A stretch of DNA of 62,551 nt, filler included, from Collodictyon triciliatum (Eukaryota): the NCBI GenBank assembly GCA_043381765.1. It is 8 parts of 8 records of this genome, joined end to end, with 100 filler letters (N's around TTAATTAATTAA, not from the genome) between each part and the next. Parts side by side here need not be neighbours in the genome. Positions count along the whole stretch, not along the records: positions 25,145 to 33,424 come from JBHJMP010003494.1; positions 33,525 to 41,803 come from JBHJMP010003495.1; 6 more parts are not named here. The stretch is one strand, 5' to 3'. Each line of letters starts with the position of its first letter. Position 1 is the stretch's first letter. The notes beneath the pieces were generated by a model. That model did no database searches. It had not been told where the DNA came from and saw only the letters and a list, made by a program, of their open reading frames with translations. Position numbers and translations under genes: made by a program. Positions 28,201 to 37,585 of the stretch are shown piece after piece.

Positions 28201-29762
28201 AAGGAAAAGCCCCAAGTAGGTTAGCCCAGGAAGCAGCTAAAAGAGCAAATGAAGAGCAGGCTAGGAATCAAAAGCTGCGAGAAGAAATGAAAGCATTAGA
28301 AGACCGACTTGAATTATTGACACAACAACAAAAGCAAACACAAGATCAACCTACAAGCAAAGACCCCGCTGAACTCAAACGACAGCAAGATTTATTACAA
28401 CAACAAAATGAGCAGTTAGAAGACCTAAGGAGACAACTCCAAGAAAAAACAGCTGAACTAGAAACAGCAAAGGCCGAACCCAAGGCCACACCCAAAAGGC
28501 TGAAACAAGCAATCAACCGCGCTAACGCGGAGCAAGCCAGAAACCAAGAGCTTCGACAACAGATTGAAGAAGTAGGTAGAGCAAGACAAGAAGCAGAAAA
28601 CAAACTTGAAGCTGAAAGACAAAGGCAAGCCAATAAACCTACTCCAGGTAAGACTCCAGAGAAAGTACAAGAAAATAATCAAAGACGTGCAGATGAAATA
28701 AAAAAGCTAGAAGGTAGACTTCGTAAACAAGAGACAGATTATCAGAAAACGATAGCTCAATTAGAACAAAGTAATCTTGCACTTGTGCGTGAATCAGACG
28801 CGGCAATTGCAAGATTAACAGTAGACAGGGAAACAGATGCTCAGACCATACGCAATTTAATCGCACAAACACAGGCACAGGGCGGCACAATTCAATTCCA
28901 AGCCCGAGAAGCACAAGAACGAGAACAAGAACAGCAGAGACTTGTCCAGGAAAATATTGATCTACGAGCAAATTTAGCTAGATTAAAAGCAGAAAGGAAA
29001 AGCGGAACTACAACTCCTAGACAAACGCAAAATAATCCTCTTGGTAGTAATATGGGATCACGTTCACAACAATCATTTACTGCTTCTCAACGCGGCGCAG
29101 GTATCAATCCAACACCCTCGTTTATTGGAGCTACACCAAGCATGACACCAATATTCGCACCAAACAGACCGCAAGTTAGAGATTCCCGAGACACATCCAA
29201 CGCTAGCAGATTTGCTCAGAAAGTGTCACGGTTCTTTGAAACAGCTGCCCCAGGTACCAATAACACCACATTCGCTTTTAATTCTTATGATACATTCTTA
29301 AATGCTATGGCGACATATGGCATTGAAGCAGTTGATTTAACAAGCGACACCAGTTATCTCGAAGATATTGTAACCGCATTTTATTCTGGGGGTGTTTCGA
29401 GACAGGACATGAATACGCTAATTGCCAGTGCAAGAGCAGCTGGAGCGTGGCCTCTTAAATACCAACCAAAGTATAGTGATCAGTCAAATGTAAACACTCG
29501 CTCGGTTGCGTTTATGAACCGGTCACTTGGGCAAGTAGTCAACTCAGATATGGGCACTATATTTGTAGGCGCACAGCCAAGCAGTGTCATCCGCAGACAG
29601 GGCCTGAATTACGTCGTAAGCGGACCACGAGGTGAAAAGGCAGTCTTTGGTACAGCCCGAGACGCTCAATATTACTCTTCGGCAAAAGGCAAGAGATACG
29701 GCCCAGTCACAGAAAGCGTCTTTGGTTATAAACCGAAAAACCTTTCACAGGCAATCTATTAA
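25203..29762 (+). CDS. 1519-aa viral protein with long coiled-coil regions, function unknown
   Basis: Single uninterrupted ORF; E/Q/L/R/A-rich heptad stretches, acidic patches and an internal duplication. Confidence 0.9.
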   Translation: MSLFMGSKEFNQKLYEENIKNIRAYELEAEQIPKVMKELYNTIFPKGKSKSIEAALMIRIASLQYPHKNPSKSYKLAADAFMASTSSSEFFRLYANGPAAGVPITTDNFIRALANLLTTQGKIYIDDTVEKYNPQSRLKLQRDDDTEDVDLISRESIVSTLTEIAGEQDDEEEEEGQTNVFGEADTDQFDADRAAIEKGYQSAESGSPEGSPDKLNVSNVSAVSVEEPKAAEEEEEEDDENTVTLDPDQINVRYGLLRNTISTSTKEIFVLGYLQKRKNLVPVPTHIHLLCNRVLQLLRARGVLQYTDFPKFVPSGDYDSTEWDNANEILSEYLTLEVTQTLYTMLINQETKEDLKQARLVLLERLAEEELVAEALLERRQNKERAIRAQEREARRAKQLEREEFIKAARAAGKKAATAAVAAAGPTVKQQIQEMRLQKDQLEDALALGPQLPSRLDPSFKARMMLIYLEQVRAYKKEVALKAIEEVPTFVPNTQNETELATNELLISVIKAQRIRREVLQRTYLAEVEAATLFGVDDSADIAQQLAEIDNLIEQDLPTDDDFLTDVATLFLAAQEEAEQLPADFRQSLNDSMRMLNEKVQLRQDETVDSLEKTTEADTILPLTPAATPRRNTSQSFTIASGFGTRVIGDSGEIARRQLTFDEDSQTAETIRRLQEENNELRQELVRMRAVASEAQQLYDNLFTDMIRIQDVNEKARAMDAEYIGKLRNKMLELTPRRPKALVKRAVQADVDTQTWTPLHEIRHKEYPVTPAKSGGVRVAISPRKTPQGRIEPGGSEQTALTSKAFSPKPPLAPESGRVFPVERSPAAQEFIDNSKALTIRMSQATRNLIIAKNMIPDRLEDSGVQQDFLAAQQLYIEQLQNEIRDLRRQYNNQHLAIRDVDRPEAQGNIETVKNEFLALQGNDAARVQALQSSVTSTQLALVARRDELTDEGNRDLNQLQDALIKAANDLVKLEKLRLQQLEFYMSLDQERQEQIDALKGKAPSRLAQEAAKRANEEQARNQKLREEMKALEDRLELLTQQQKQTQDQPTSKDPAELKRQQDLLQQQNEQLEDLRRQLQEKTAELETAKAEPKATPKRLKQAINRANAEQARNQELRQQIEEVGRARQEAENKLEAERQRQANKPTPGKTPEKVQENNQRRADEIKKLEGRLRKQETDYQKTIAQLEQSNLALVRESDAAIARLTVDRETDAQTIRNLIAQTQAQGGTIQFQAREAQEREQEQQRLVQENIDLRANLARLKAERKSGTTTPRQTQNNPLGSNMGSRSQQSFTASQRGAGINPTPSFIGATPSMTPIFAPNRPQVRDSRDTSNASRFAQKVSRFFETAAPGTNNTTFAFNSYDTFLNAMATYGIEAVDLTSDTSYLEDIVTAFYSGGVSRQDMNTLIASARAAGAWPLKYQPKYSDQSNVNTRSVAFMNRSLGQVVNSDMGTIFVGAQPSSVIRRQGLNYVVSGPRGEKAVFGTARDAQYYSSAKGKRYGPVTESVFGYKPKNLSQAIY

Positions 29763-29792
29763 ACAATTGTTACTATTAATAAGAATTGTTTA
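29760..29792. terminator. AT-rich hairpin between convergent viral genes (candidate 3'-end/polyadenylation signal)
   Basis: TAAACAATT (29760-29768) pairs with AATTGTTTA (29784-29792), extended by TTA/TAA inside. Confidence 0.5.
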
Positions 29793-29797
29793 TGGAC

Positions 29798-32008
29798 TTA
29801 AGTGTCGGCATTTGGTAATACATCTAAAGGCGTACCACCTGTAGGGACGACCCATCTAGTGGCATTTACAAACCAGCGATCAACTGTTTCACCTGGAACA
29901 CCATTTCCAACTCTCATACAACATGCTCTAAACCAAGTGCCTTCTGCTACCTCATAAATTGTATTTTGAAGTGCCATCATATTAAGATTAGATGCGCCTA
30001 TTATAAACGCGCTGTTGTTTGGCTCAGCGCCTGCCTGGTTAAATCTAATTCGTTTGTATCCCGTTCCGTTTTTTCCTGGAAGGTTCCACACAATTACCTC
30101 AACTTCCAGGCCGTTCGGCACTGCTGTAGCGCTGGGAAAATGTATATTAGTCGTTGCCGATCCTGACACCGCCTTTGTTAGAATAATTCTGCCTGGAGTG
30201 TCTCGAGTGACATTATATGTTCCATTGTCAACAACAATAAAATCTCCACTCATTGCCTTGGAAAGTTTCAAGGTGTTGAAAATAGAAAAGTCGTCTTGTG
30301 TCGTTGACATTACAGTATTTGAATTTAACTGCATAGTCATTGTACTTGACTGTCCTGCGCTGGTTCCAGTGATATAAGACCCTGTTCCACCAAAATATAT
30401 TCCGTTAACAGTTACCGCATCCTGACTTGCAGTATTACAATCAGGCCAAACATACCAAATTCCTGTGCTTGCTGATGTAGACTTGTAGATACATTGGTAC
30501 ACTACACCCTCAAAAATTTCGAATTGCGTATTTCCAGTAATTACAGTTCTTACTTTGTTTTCATAATAATGTATTTCAGCTGTAGTTGATCCACTTGTTG
30601 TAATATACAGTCTATTGGAATTCACACTACTTTTGTATGGAATAATTGTATGATATTGTCCATCGCATCTAATTGGCATTACTCCTAAAGTAATTATTTG
30701 ATTACCTTCGGTTATTTGTACACGCAGAAACTGTGGTGTCAACACTGCCACTGTAAAAGCTGCATTTACTTCTACCATTGGCGCGCGCACACATTTTTTT
30801 ATTACTAATGCCTCTTCTATAGACGCAAGCCCTTCATTAGTGCTTGAGTTTCTTGTACAGTCTATAATGTTTATTGTATTACATAAAATTCGAAGATTGT
30901 TATTTGTGTTTTGAAATCGGATGCCTGTTGCTGTATTTGTTGTACTGTATAAACCAGCAGCATCTGCTATACTTGCTACGACACCGACGCCGCCGCTAGT
31001 TCCGGCCATAACTAGATTGCCTGTAAGAGTCGCACCCGTATTATTTATATTCAGTCTTTCTACACCATTTGTACTTATTGACACTGAATTATCTGCGCCA
31101 TATATTCCACTTGCTGTATTACCAGTAACACCGGGCGGATCGTTAAAAGATATACTCGGGACTGTAGCACTTCCACTTGTAAAATTAAGCTGTTGTGTTA
31201 TACCCAGTCTTATTATGTGCCAGTTGGTTAAACTTCCGAAATATATACATTGATAAATTGCCCCCACATCTAATCTTATATTGTCTGTTGTTTGTGTTCG
31301 TACACCATTAAAGTAAGTTTCAAAAGCACCTACTCCTGTTCCCCGTGCTAAAAAGGCGCTAAAATTGCCTCCAAGAGAAAACGGATTAAAGTAAAACATT
31401 GTTCCTGAATTCAAGGCTGGAAGTGTATGAGTAACATCATTACTAGTAATATTCATACGCTGATAAACATTGTCAGTTTGAGTCATGGTTCGATTAACTG
31501 CTTGCGAAATAGGGGTGAATGCCACCCCATTACTTAATGTGACATTACTTGAACAAGTCAATGGAACCGATAAAGTACTACCAGTATTAGTCCAGGTCTG
31601 TGTAATTGTATTTGCACATATAACATTCAGCGTGTTGGTAGATGACTGTCCGTTAATTCCCGTGCCGGTGTTCAAAAGGCGTAAACCTGATGCACTCCCA
31701 GACGCTACCCGAATAATATCTACGGTTGGGTTGTCAGTAAATGCGTATGTACCGGCACCTGTTGAATTCAGAATTTGATTAGCAGCTGATGGAACCGGTA
31801 CCTGGTTCACTGCAGCCCACGACGGCACTGACCCGTTTGTTGTCAGAAAACGTCCAGCATTGCCAGTTTGGCTAGGCAGCTCTGCCGGTGCCACTGTTTC
31901 TTGTAGCCACTGTAAATAAAGCCCACTTGAATCTACTTTTAATACTTTGTTTGCGTCTTGATTGGAAAATTCCGGTAGTTCCTTTTCTTCTGTTATGAAA
32001 AACCCCAT
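29798..32008 (-). CDS. 736-aa virion fibre / receptor-binding protein (first ATG at 32008)
   Basis: Phage-fibre-like motifs LPSQTGNAGRFLTTNGSVPSW and GSATVPSISF...SGIYG.DNSVSISTNGVERLNI; T/N/G/S-rich; directly downstream of the penton gene. Confidence 0.75.
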   Translation of the reverse strand: MGFFITEEKELPEFSNQDANKVLKVDSSGLYLQWLQETVAPAELPSQTGNAGRFLTTNGSVPSWAAVNQVPVPSAANQILNSTGAGTYAFTDNPTVDIIRVASGSASGLRLLNTGTGINGQSSTNTLNVICANTITQTWTNTGSTLSVPLTCSSNVTLSNGVAFTPISQAVNRTMTQTDNVYQRMNITSNDVTHTLPALNSGTMFYFNPFSLGGNFSAFLARGTGVGAFETYFNGVRTQTTDNIRLDVGAIYQCIYFGSLTNWHIIRLGITQQLNFTSGSATVPSISFNDPPGVTGNTASGIYGADNSVSISTNGVERLNINNTGATLTGNLVMAGTSGGVGVVASIADAAGLYSTTNTATGIRFQNTNNNLRILCNTINIIDCTRNSSTNEGLASIEEALVIKKCVRAPMVEVNAAFTVAVLTPQFLRVQITEGNQIITLGVMPIRCDGQYHTIIPYKSSVNSNRLYITTSGSTTAEIHYYENKVRTVITGNTQFEIFEGVVYQCIYKSTSASTGIWYVWPDCNTASQDAVTVNGIYFGGTGSYITGTSAGQSSTMTMQLNSNTVMSTTQDDFSIFNTLKLSKAMSGDFIVVDNGTYNVTRDTPGRIILTKAVSGSATTNIHFPSATAVPNGLEVEVIVWNLPGKNGTGYKRIRFNQAGAEPNNSAFIIGASNLNMMALQNTIYEVAEGTWFRACCMRVGNGVPGETVDRWFVNATRWVVPTGGTPLDVLPNADT

Positions 32009-32024
32009 TACACTTAGCAAGAAT

Positions 32025-32792
32025 TTATTCCTCTGGAATTACACGCAGCGTAAACGAATAGTCTTGTAACAGATTAATTGTTTGTCCCAGTCTATCTACC
32101 AATCGGAAATTCCAGCTGAAGGGGATATACGAGCAGTCCATCAGATTCTCGAGAATGTTGTCGTTGACCTCGTAATAACTCGCATATCTCGCCCCAAGAG
32201 TCAGCGGTATTTTTGCGATGATGCCATTGCCGCCTATATTGCTGGCAAAGCTCGAACTCTGAATATTTGGGCTGACTAGATACACATAATCAAACGGACG
32301 GATATTGACTGTATTCTGTAGCTCCACAAAAGAGGTATTGAATGACAGATTGGCTGTCAGCCCAATTAGGTCCCGGCACGTCGACGAATTCACAAACAGT
32401 TGATATGAGATTGATGCTCCGTCTCCTTTGATAGCAATCTTCTGTTTGCCGGTAAGAAATGAAACTGAAACAACCGCATTAGCTGACTGGGAATTGGTTG
32501 CTGCGTTCATCTTTGTTCGGATGTCATTGACGATTTCAGTGATTGTTTGTAATCCAGTTTCAAGTGACACATTGTACGACACAGGGCTGTCTGCTCCGAC
32601 TTGGCAAAGGAAGGATAACTCGTTGTTGGCGGATGTGACATTGTGTACGGCATTCGGTATCTGGATACTCTCTAGCCCAATTTTTGCTTTGCTTGACACA
32701 TATCTGTTCTGTGTCGTTGCGAAATTAAAGTCTGCGATACTTCCGCTTTCTCGGTTTTCGGAATCAACATAAATGTAAAATGCTTTGTCCAT
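32025..32792 (-). CDS. Minor capsid protein (penton, single jelly-roll), PLV/virophage type
   Basis: IYVDSENR..G....F; IGLESIQIPN..HNV...NNEL; IIAKIPL; C-terminal FRLVDRLG..INL..DYSFTLRV; 255 aa. Confidence 0.78.
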   Translation of the reverse strand: MDKAFYIYVDSENRESGSIADFNFATTQNRYVSSKAKIGLESIQIPNAVHNVTSANNELSFLCQVGADSPVSYNVSLETGLQTITEIVNDIRTKMNAATNSQSANAVVSVSFLTGKQKIAIKGDGASISYQLFVNSSTCRDLIGLTANLSFNTSFVELQNTVNIRPFDYVYLVSPNIQSSSFASNIGGNGIIAKIPLTLGARYASYYEVNDNILENLMDCSYIPFSWNFRLVDRLGQTINLLQDYSFTLRVIPEE

Positions 32793-32825
32793 ACTCTTGC
32801 CAGAAATTATTTTCTATGGATTCAT
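32793..32825. promoter_or_regulatory. 33-nt divergent intergenic region, candidate bidirectional viral promoter
   Basis: Between head-to-head ATGs; contains an AGAAA/TTTCT inverted repeat and TCTA about 10 nt before the ATG at 32826. Confidence 0.4.
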
Positions 32826-33152
32826 ATGAGTGATTCTGAAAAGGAAACCATTGAGAAACCAAAAAAGAAACGCGTAGCATCAGAAAAGCAGAGAGCCCAC
32901 CTTGCCAAAATTCAGCCTAAAGCAACAGAAGCAAAAAAGAAGAACAAGGAAATTGTTCAGACGGTCAAGCAATACGAGGCCGTCAAAAAGCCCATTCACG
33001 ACTATTCTTCGTTACAGCACGACGTGTCTTTGATCAAACAGTATCTCACAAAGGAAGAGGCTAGAAAAATCGAGAAGCGAAGAATTAAGGAAACAGTAGA
33101 TAAGGCTCAAGTCAGAGAACTCTCATATGATTCAAATCTTTTATTTAGATAA
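32826..33152 (+). CDS. Small Lys-rich viral protein, 108 aa
   Basis: KPKKKRVASEKQRAHLAK; stop codon 2 nt before the ATPase ATG. Confidence 0.75.
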   Translation: MSDSEKETIEKPKKKRVASEKQRAHLAKIQPKATEAKKKNKEIVQTVKQYEAVKKPIHDYSSLQHDVSLIKQYLTKEEARKIEKRRIKETVDKAQVRELSYDSNLLFR

Positions 33153-33154
33153 GT

Positions 33155-33424
33155 ATGGAAAGCAAAAAGATAAACAACATTAAGGTTGAACCACTCAAGA
33201 CAGTCAAGAAAAACAAGCGTGAAGTAATCCTGGATATTTTACCAGACGCAAAGTCAGATAGGCCTTTTTGGATGTTGATAAGCGCGAAAGTTGCTTCAGG
33301 GAAAACAACCTTGATCAGTAATTTACTGGGAAAGAAGGAAATGTATCACCAGATATTTGACAAAGTATATTTCTGCTCTTCAAACATTTCCGGAGGAGAA
33401 ATCCACGACTCGAGTTACGAGGGT
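33155..33424 (+). CDS. A32-like (FtsK/HerA) genome-packaging ATPase, N-terminal fragment
   Basis: PFWMLIS-AKVASGKT-TLISNLL (Walker A) followed by FDKVYFCS; truncated at contig end. Confidence 0.8.
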
Positions 33425-33524
33425 NNNNNNNNNNNNNNNNNNNNNNNNNNNNNNNNNNNNNNNNNNNNTTAATTAATTAANNNNNNNNNNNNNNNNNNNN
33501 NNNNNNNNNNNNNNNNNNNNNNNN
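33425..33524. other. Artificial contig linker
   Basis: N44-TTAATTAATTAA-N44. Confidence 0.98.
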
Positions 33525-33716
33525 ATCTTGTTTGGTAGGATGTTCAACAGAAGCTTCTCCTGTAGAATTTGATTGCAGAATAGTTTAAAAACTGATTTGT
33601 GTGCTTTAGTAATAGTTAAAAAAAAAGTCTATTGGCCTTGGAACTGAATGTTTACCGTGATGATTTTTTCTTTTGCTACTTCTTCTGTATGCCTCAAAAT
33701 TCCAGCGCGGCGAATC

Positions 33717-33787
<71 letters not shown>

Positions 33788-35426
33788 GAATTCATGGTTT
33801 CTAATATAGAATCAGGTTACTCCGTTAAGGACAAAGTAGATGATATAATCAGTATATTTCTACAAACAAACAAAAAAAACTAGAGCAAACCTCTTGGTAT
33901 CTGTTTCCGAGCTCACTATAATAACTTGTGATTGCAATTGGGACTGACGCAATGAGGAGAAAGATGAAGTTCTCAATGTAGTCGAGGTACCCAATTCCAG
34001 GGAAAAAGCCGATGACAATAAAGTATACGATGTCAATTGCAATCCCAAGCTTGATTGAGTGCTGTGTGGATAGTGTATGAGACGACGACTCATCATAGTC
34101 TAAACCGATCGCTGAACTTATATCACCTCTTTATAAAACAGGTATAGAATTTTTAAAGCTGGTTTGGAAGAACCCTAATTGCATTTGCTTACCTTAAATG
34201 GGATTCTCATGGCCATGAAAACTGTATACTGCCCTGTGAGATAAACAACATTTAAGTAGCGCGCATCAGAGATAGTCAGCATGTAAGGCTCATCTTCGTC
34301 AAAGTCAGTAAAGTATCGGACTATCCCCAATCCTGTCATCTCGAAAAAGACAATTGAGATGATTGCAATCATCTGGTAATGGTGGAAGTTTCTATGCAAT
34401 CATAATTCTCATTAGTTAAAAAAAAAAACACGTTACATAATGACTCGCTAGGTCAAAAGAATTAGAAAGTTTAAATCAAAGGTGTAACTTTCATCAAATG
34501 AGAAAATATCTGAATTGTTCTTGCGATTGATATGTGTCTTAAGATAAAGAAAAGGATCTTTGTACACATCTCGAGAATATATTAGAAGTAAAATTATGTA
34601 AGGGGATACTTAAAATTACTTTGTCTTTGAGAAGAAGAACACTGCAAGAGAGGCCGTCGCCATGATTCCGTAGGTTATTGGCACTCCAGGGTTAGCTTTA
34701 CGCAGCGCGTATAAGGCCATAAATGCGTAGATGAGTCCGGCCACAATCTTTGTGAAGAGTTGATGGGTCTTCAAGGCAGAGTAGAAAAACTTTTGGATGA
34801 ATTCGTCCTCCAGATTTTCATCCTATATTATAGGCGAGATGCATTAAAATGAAATAAAAAAGACAACATGAACACCAGGTCAAATCCCATATATCGTAAG
34901 CCATGATCTCTTACAAGGAGGGGGAAAGACAAAAACACAATACTCCATGACACGGAAAGATGGGAACATTGTTATGTGTTTACACAACCCCACGGGTAAA
35001 ACGTTGCAAAATATAAATTCCATATTTGGTATCTATACGCAGGGTTATTTCGTCACCCTCAAGAGATGTTGGTGCTCTTGAGAAAAGGAAGAAGATAACC
35101 AGGGTATGGGCAAAGAAAATATATATGTGGGGAAGCGACACGAACTAGCGAGAGCGCAAGTGAACGGGAAGACAAAGGGAACCCAAACTTACAAGAAAAA
35201 CCATGAAGCGACCCATGGCATACTTTGCCTCCACTTCTTTTGCGATTGTGGCGTCCATGTCGTCGACGTTGTCCTTGCGGTTCCAGACATTTGACAGGTC
35301 ACCGATGTCCATAAGTCCGGCGCTTGCGGTGGACGACAGAGACATGCGAAGAAGCTTTGCCTCATCCATGTCTGTAACATCGTTCTTTCCTTTGCCGGGC
35401 GTCTTGTTGTACGGCACCACCTCCAT
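33525..35426 (-). CDS. Transmembrane class III adenylate/guanylate cyclase, N-terminal part; catalytic domain beyond contig end
   Basis: Several TM-encoding exons followed by EKLLLNILPNK, the helix that precedes class III cyclase domains. Confidence 0.65.
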
Positions 35427-37585
35427 AGTTGCTGTGTTGTCTTTTTTTTTCTTGGTTTTAGGTAGTCAGCTGCGGCCGTGTGCCTGTGTGCGTGCGTGTG
35501 TGCCTGTGTGCGTGCCCGTGTGCGTGTTTGCTGTCTTTATACGATTCGCTCGGCGCGGTTGTGCGGGTTTGTACGAAGCAAATTCTGTTCCGTTCCTCTG
35601 CATGATTGGTTTTAATTTTACTAATGAGTGGAAGGTGAGTCCATTCGGACAAGTTATGGCTCTCAGGAGGTGGGCGAGAGCGTTGTCTTTGTTGTGTGGG
35701 TTGGAGCCGGTGCCAGCAAACTTGCGTGGATGCGGCGCGACTGTTTTTGAGTTATTGACTCGTTGTTGGGGACACACGAGCGCGGGACTCTTTTTTTTAT
35801 ATACGGCCCTGTCTTCAAGTGTCCCCACAAATTCTGTCTTCAATACCGCCGGTTGGCACGCGCGCTCGGCGGTTGTTGTTTTATTTTTTGGGTTTGTTTT
35901 TGGTGTTTTTTTATTGGTATTAGTTTATTTGCGTCGTGAGCGTGCTCCAGTTTTTTACATTTGCTTCGTTTTTTCTTTGCTTTTGTTTTTCCTATAGAAT
36001 TCTAACATCATATACAAAATGGCTTGCTTCGAACAAGACTCTGCTGGACATACACTACAATGCGGAGCTTTGAATGCCCAATGGATTTTCTATTGACAAC
36101 CTCATTGGTATATAACTCGCACGGGTTCTTTGGAATAACGCACAAACCAACGCAAGCGAAAGAAAAAAAAACAAAGGAAAGAAGAGGAAATTTGAAGACG
36201 CAGGCTGGCGAGGGCAACGCGTTTTACAAAGGATAGAACTATTCTTGGAAATAGGTGAACCGGGTTATTAGAATTTGCATAGGATATTCTCTTTTTATTT
36301 CTTGCTAAAACTTACATCCCCGCTTCAAAATCCGCAGAAAAGTACACTGAGAAACTCACCAAAGTTGTTAAGGGCGAAAGGGAGGATATATTTGGGTCGT
36401 TTGCGGGCTTGTATTTTTGAAGCCCGGTTTGGAATATTCTTTGCCGAATTTCTCCCTGTATTCTGTGAATATTTTCATATATAGGTAATTTATAAATAAA
36501 AATATTCCCATATGTAGTTATTTTCATTGGAAAATGACCGTTCTTGATTTGGTTTTTGTGGTGCACATCCACTACCGGCTTCATTCCTATTTTGAATCTT
36601 ATCCAGTCCTATCCGCATTTTAATTGATTGTTTCCATCTGGAAAGTACTAAATTACTTATGTGCATATACTGAAGTCATATATAAACCAATTTTTATATA
36701 TTAATTATGTTATGACCATAATTATATCAATAATAATATATATTTTATAAATTCCATATTTAGAACATACACCACATAGTAGGAAATGTTACGAAACCTT
36801 AGATTTACTCCTGTATATACACTATGTATTATATATGTATTATTAATAATAATATTTTGTTGATAAATTTGAGATATTATAAAAGCATAGAGATATAAAA
36901 ATTAGTGTCCACATTAATATATTTTTGGAGAAATTATTTAGAAATTGCTATTTTAAGAAAACACATTTTCTTCACACCTCTGTGTTTGTTTTATTTTCGA
37001 ACATATCTATTTTTGGATATACATTTTCATTGCGCCTTTTATTGTCCATCTCCCAACGGCCAATTCTTCACGGTTGATCACAACAATTTTTGGCTTGAGG
37101 CACCACCACATCTCCACCCCGACGCCTTCATCAGACCCCAGTCAGACACCGACATCACACTCTCGGCGCACCCGCCAGAAGCAAGCAATCAAGCCTGCCG
37201 CGCGAGACACCTCACTGTCTCTCTCCCTCTCCCTCTCCCTCTCCCTCTCCCTCTCCCTCTCTTTCTATTTCTCTTTCTCAACGGCGAGCCAATGCCCTTA
37301 CGCCAAAACCCCTCCCAATACGACCGCCCCAAGAGCCACTGGAACAATGTTTGAGCGGACGACTCGCGACCGACACCAAGGCAGCCACGCAAGCATCCGT
37401 CAAATACTCAGACTCGTGTACTGACCATCCACACCCTGATCCTCCGTAGGAAGCAGACAGAGACATAGAGACGCAGAGACAGAGACAGAGACAGAGACAG
37501 AGACAGAGACAGAGACAGAGACATAGACAGACACAAAGACACAAAGGCACAAAAGCAGCCAGACAGCCAGACAGCGATCGAAGCC

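Larger units (their letters stand above)
25145..33424. mobile_element. Polinton-like virus / virophage-type (Preplasmiviricota) genome fragment
   Basis: Whole contig is intronless with 2-35 nt intergenic gaps and no microsatellites; encodes penton-like protein, A32-like ATPase and fibre. Confidence 0.82.

Noticed and set aside
32009-32027. Possible penton-fibre readthrough fusion
   Set aside because: The two ORFs are in different frames, no slippery site is evident, and the fibre has its own ATG and upstream motif
35203-35997. 264-aa plus-strand ORF
   Set aside because: Antisense to cyclase exon 1 and its GC-rich upstream region; no protein-like features
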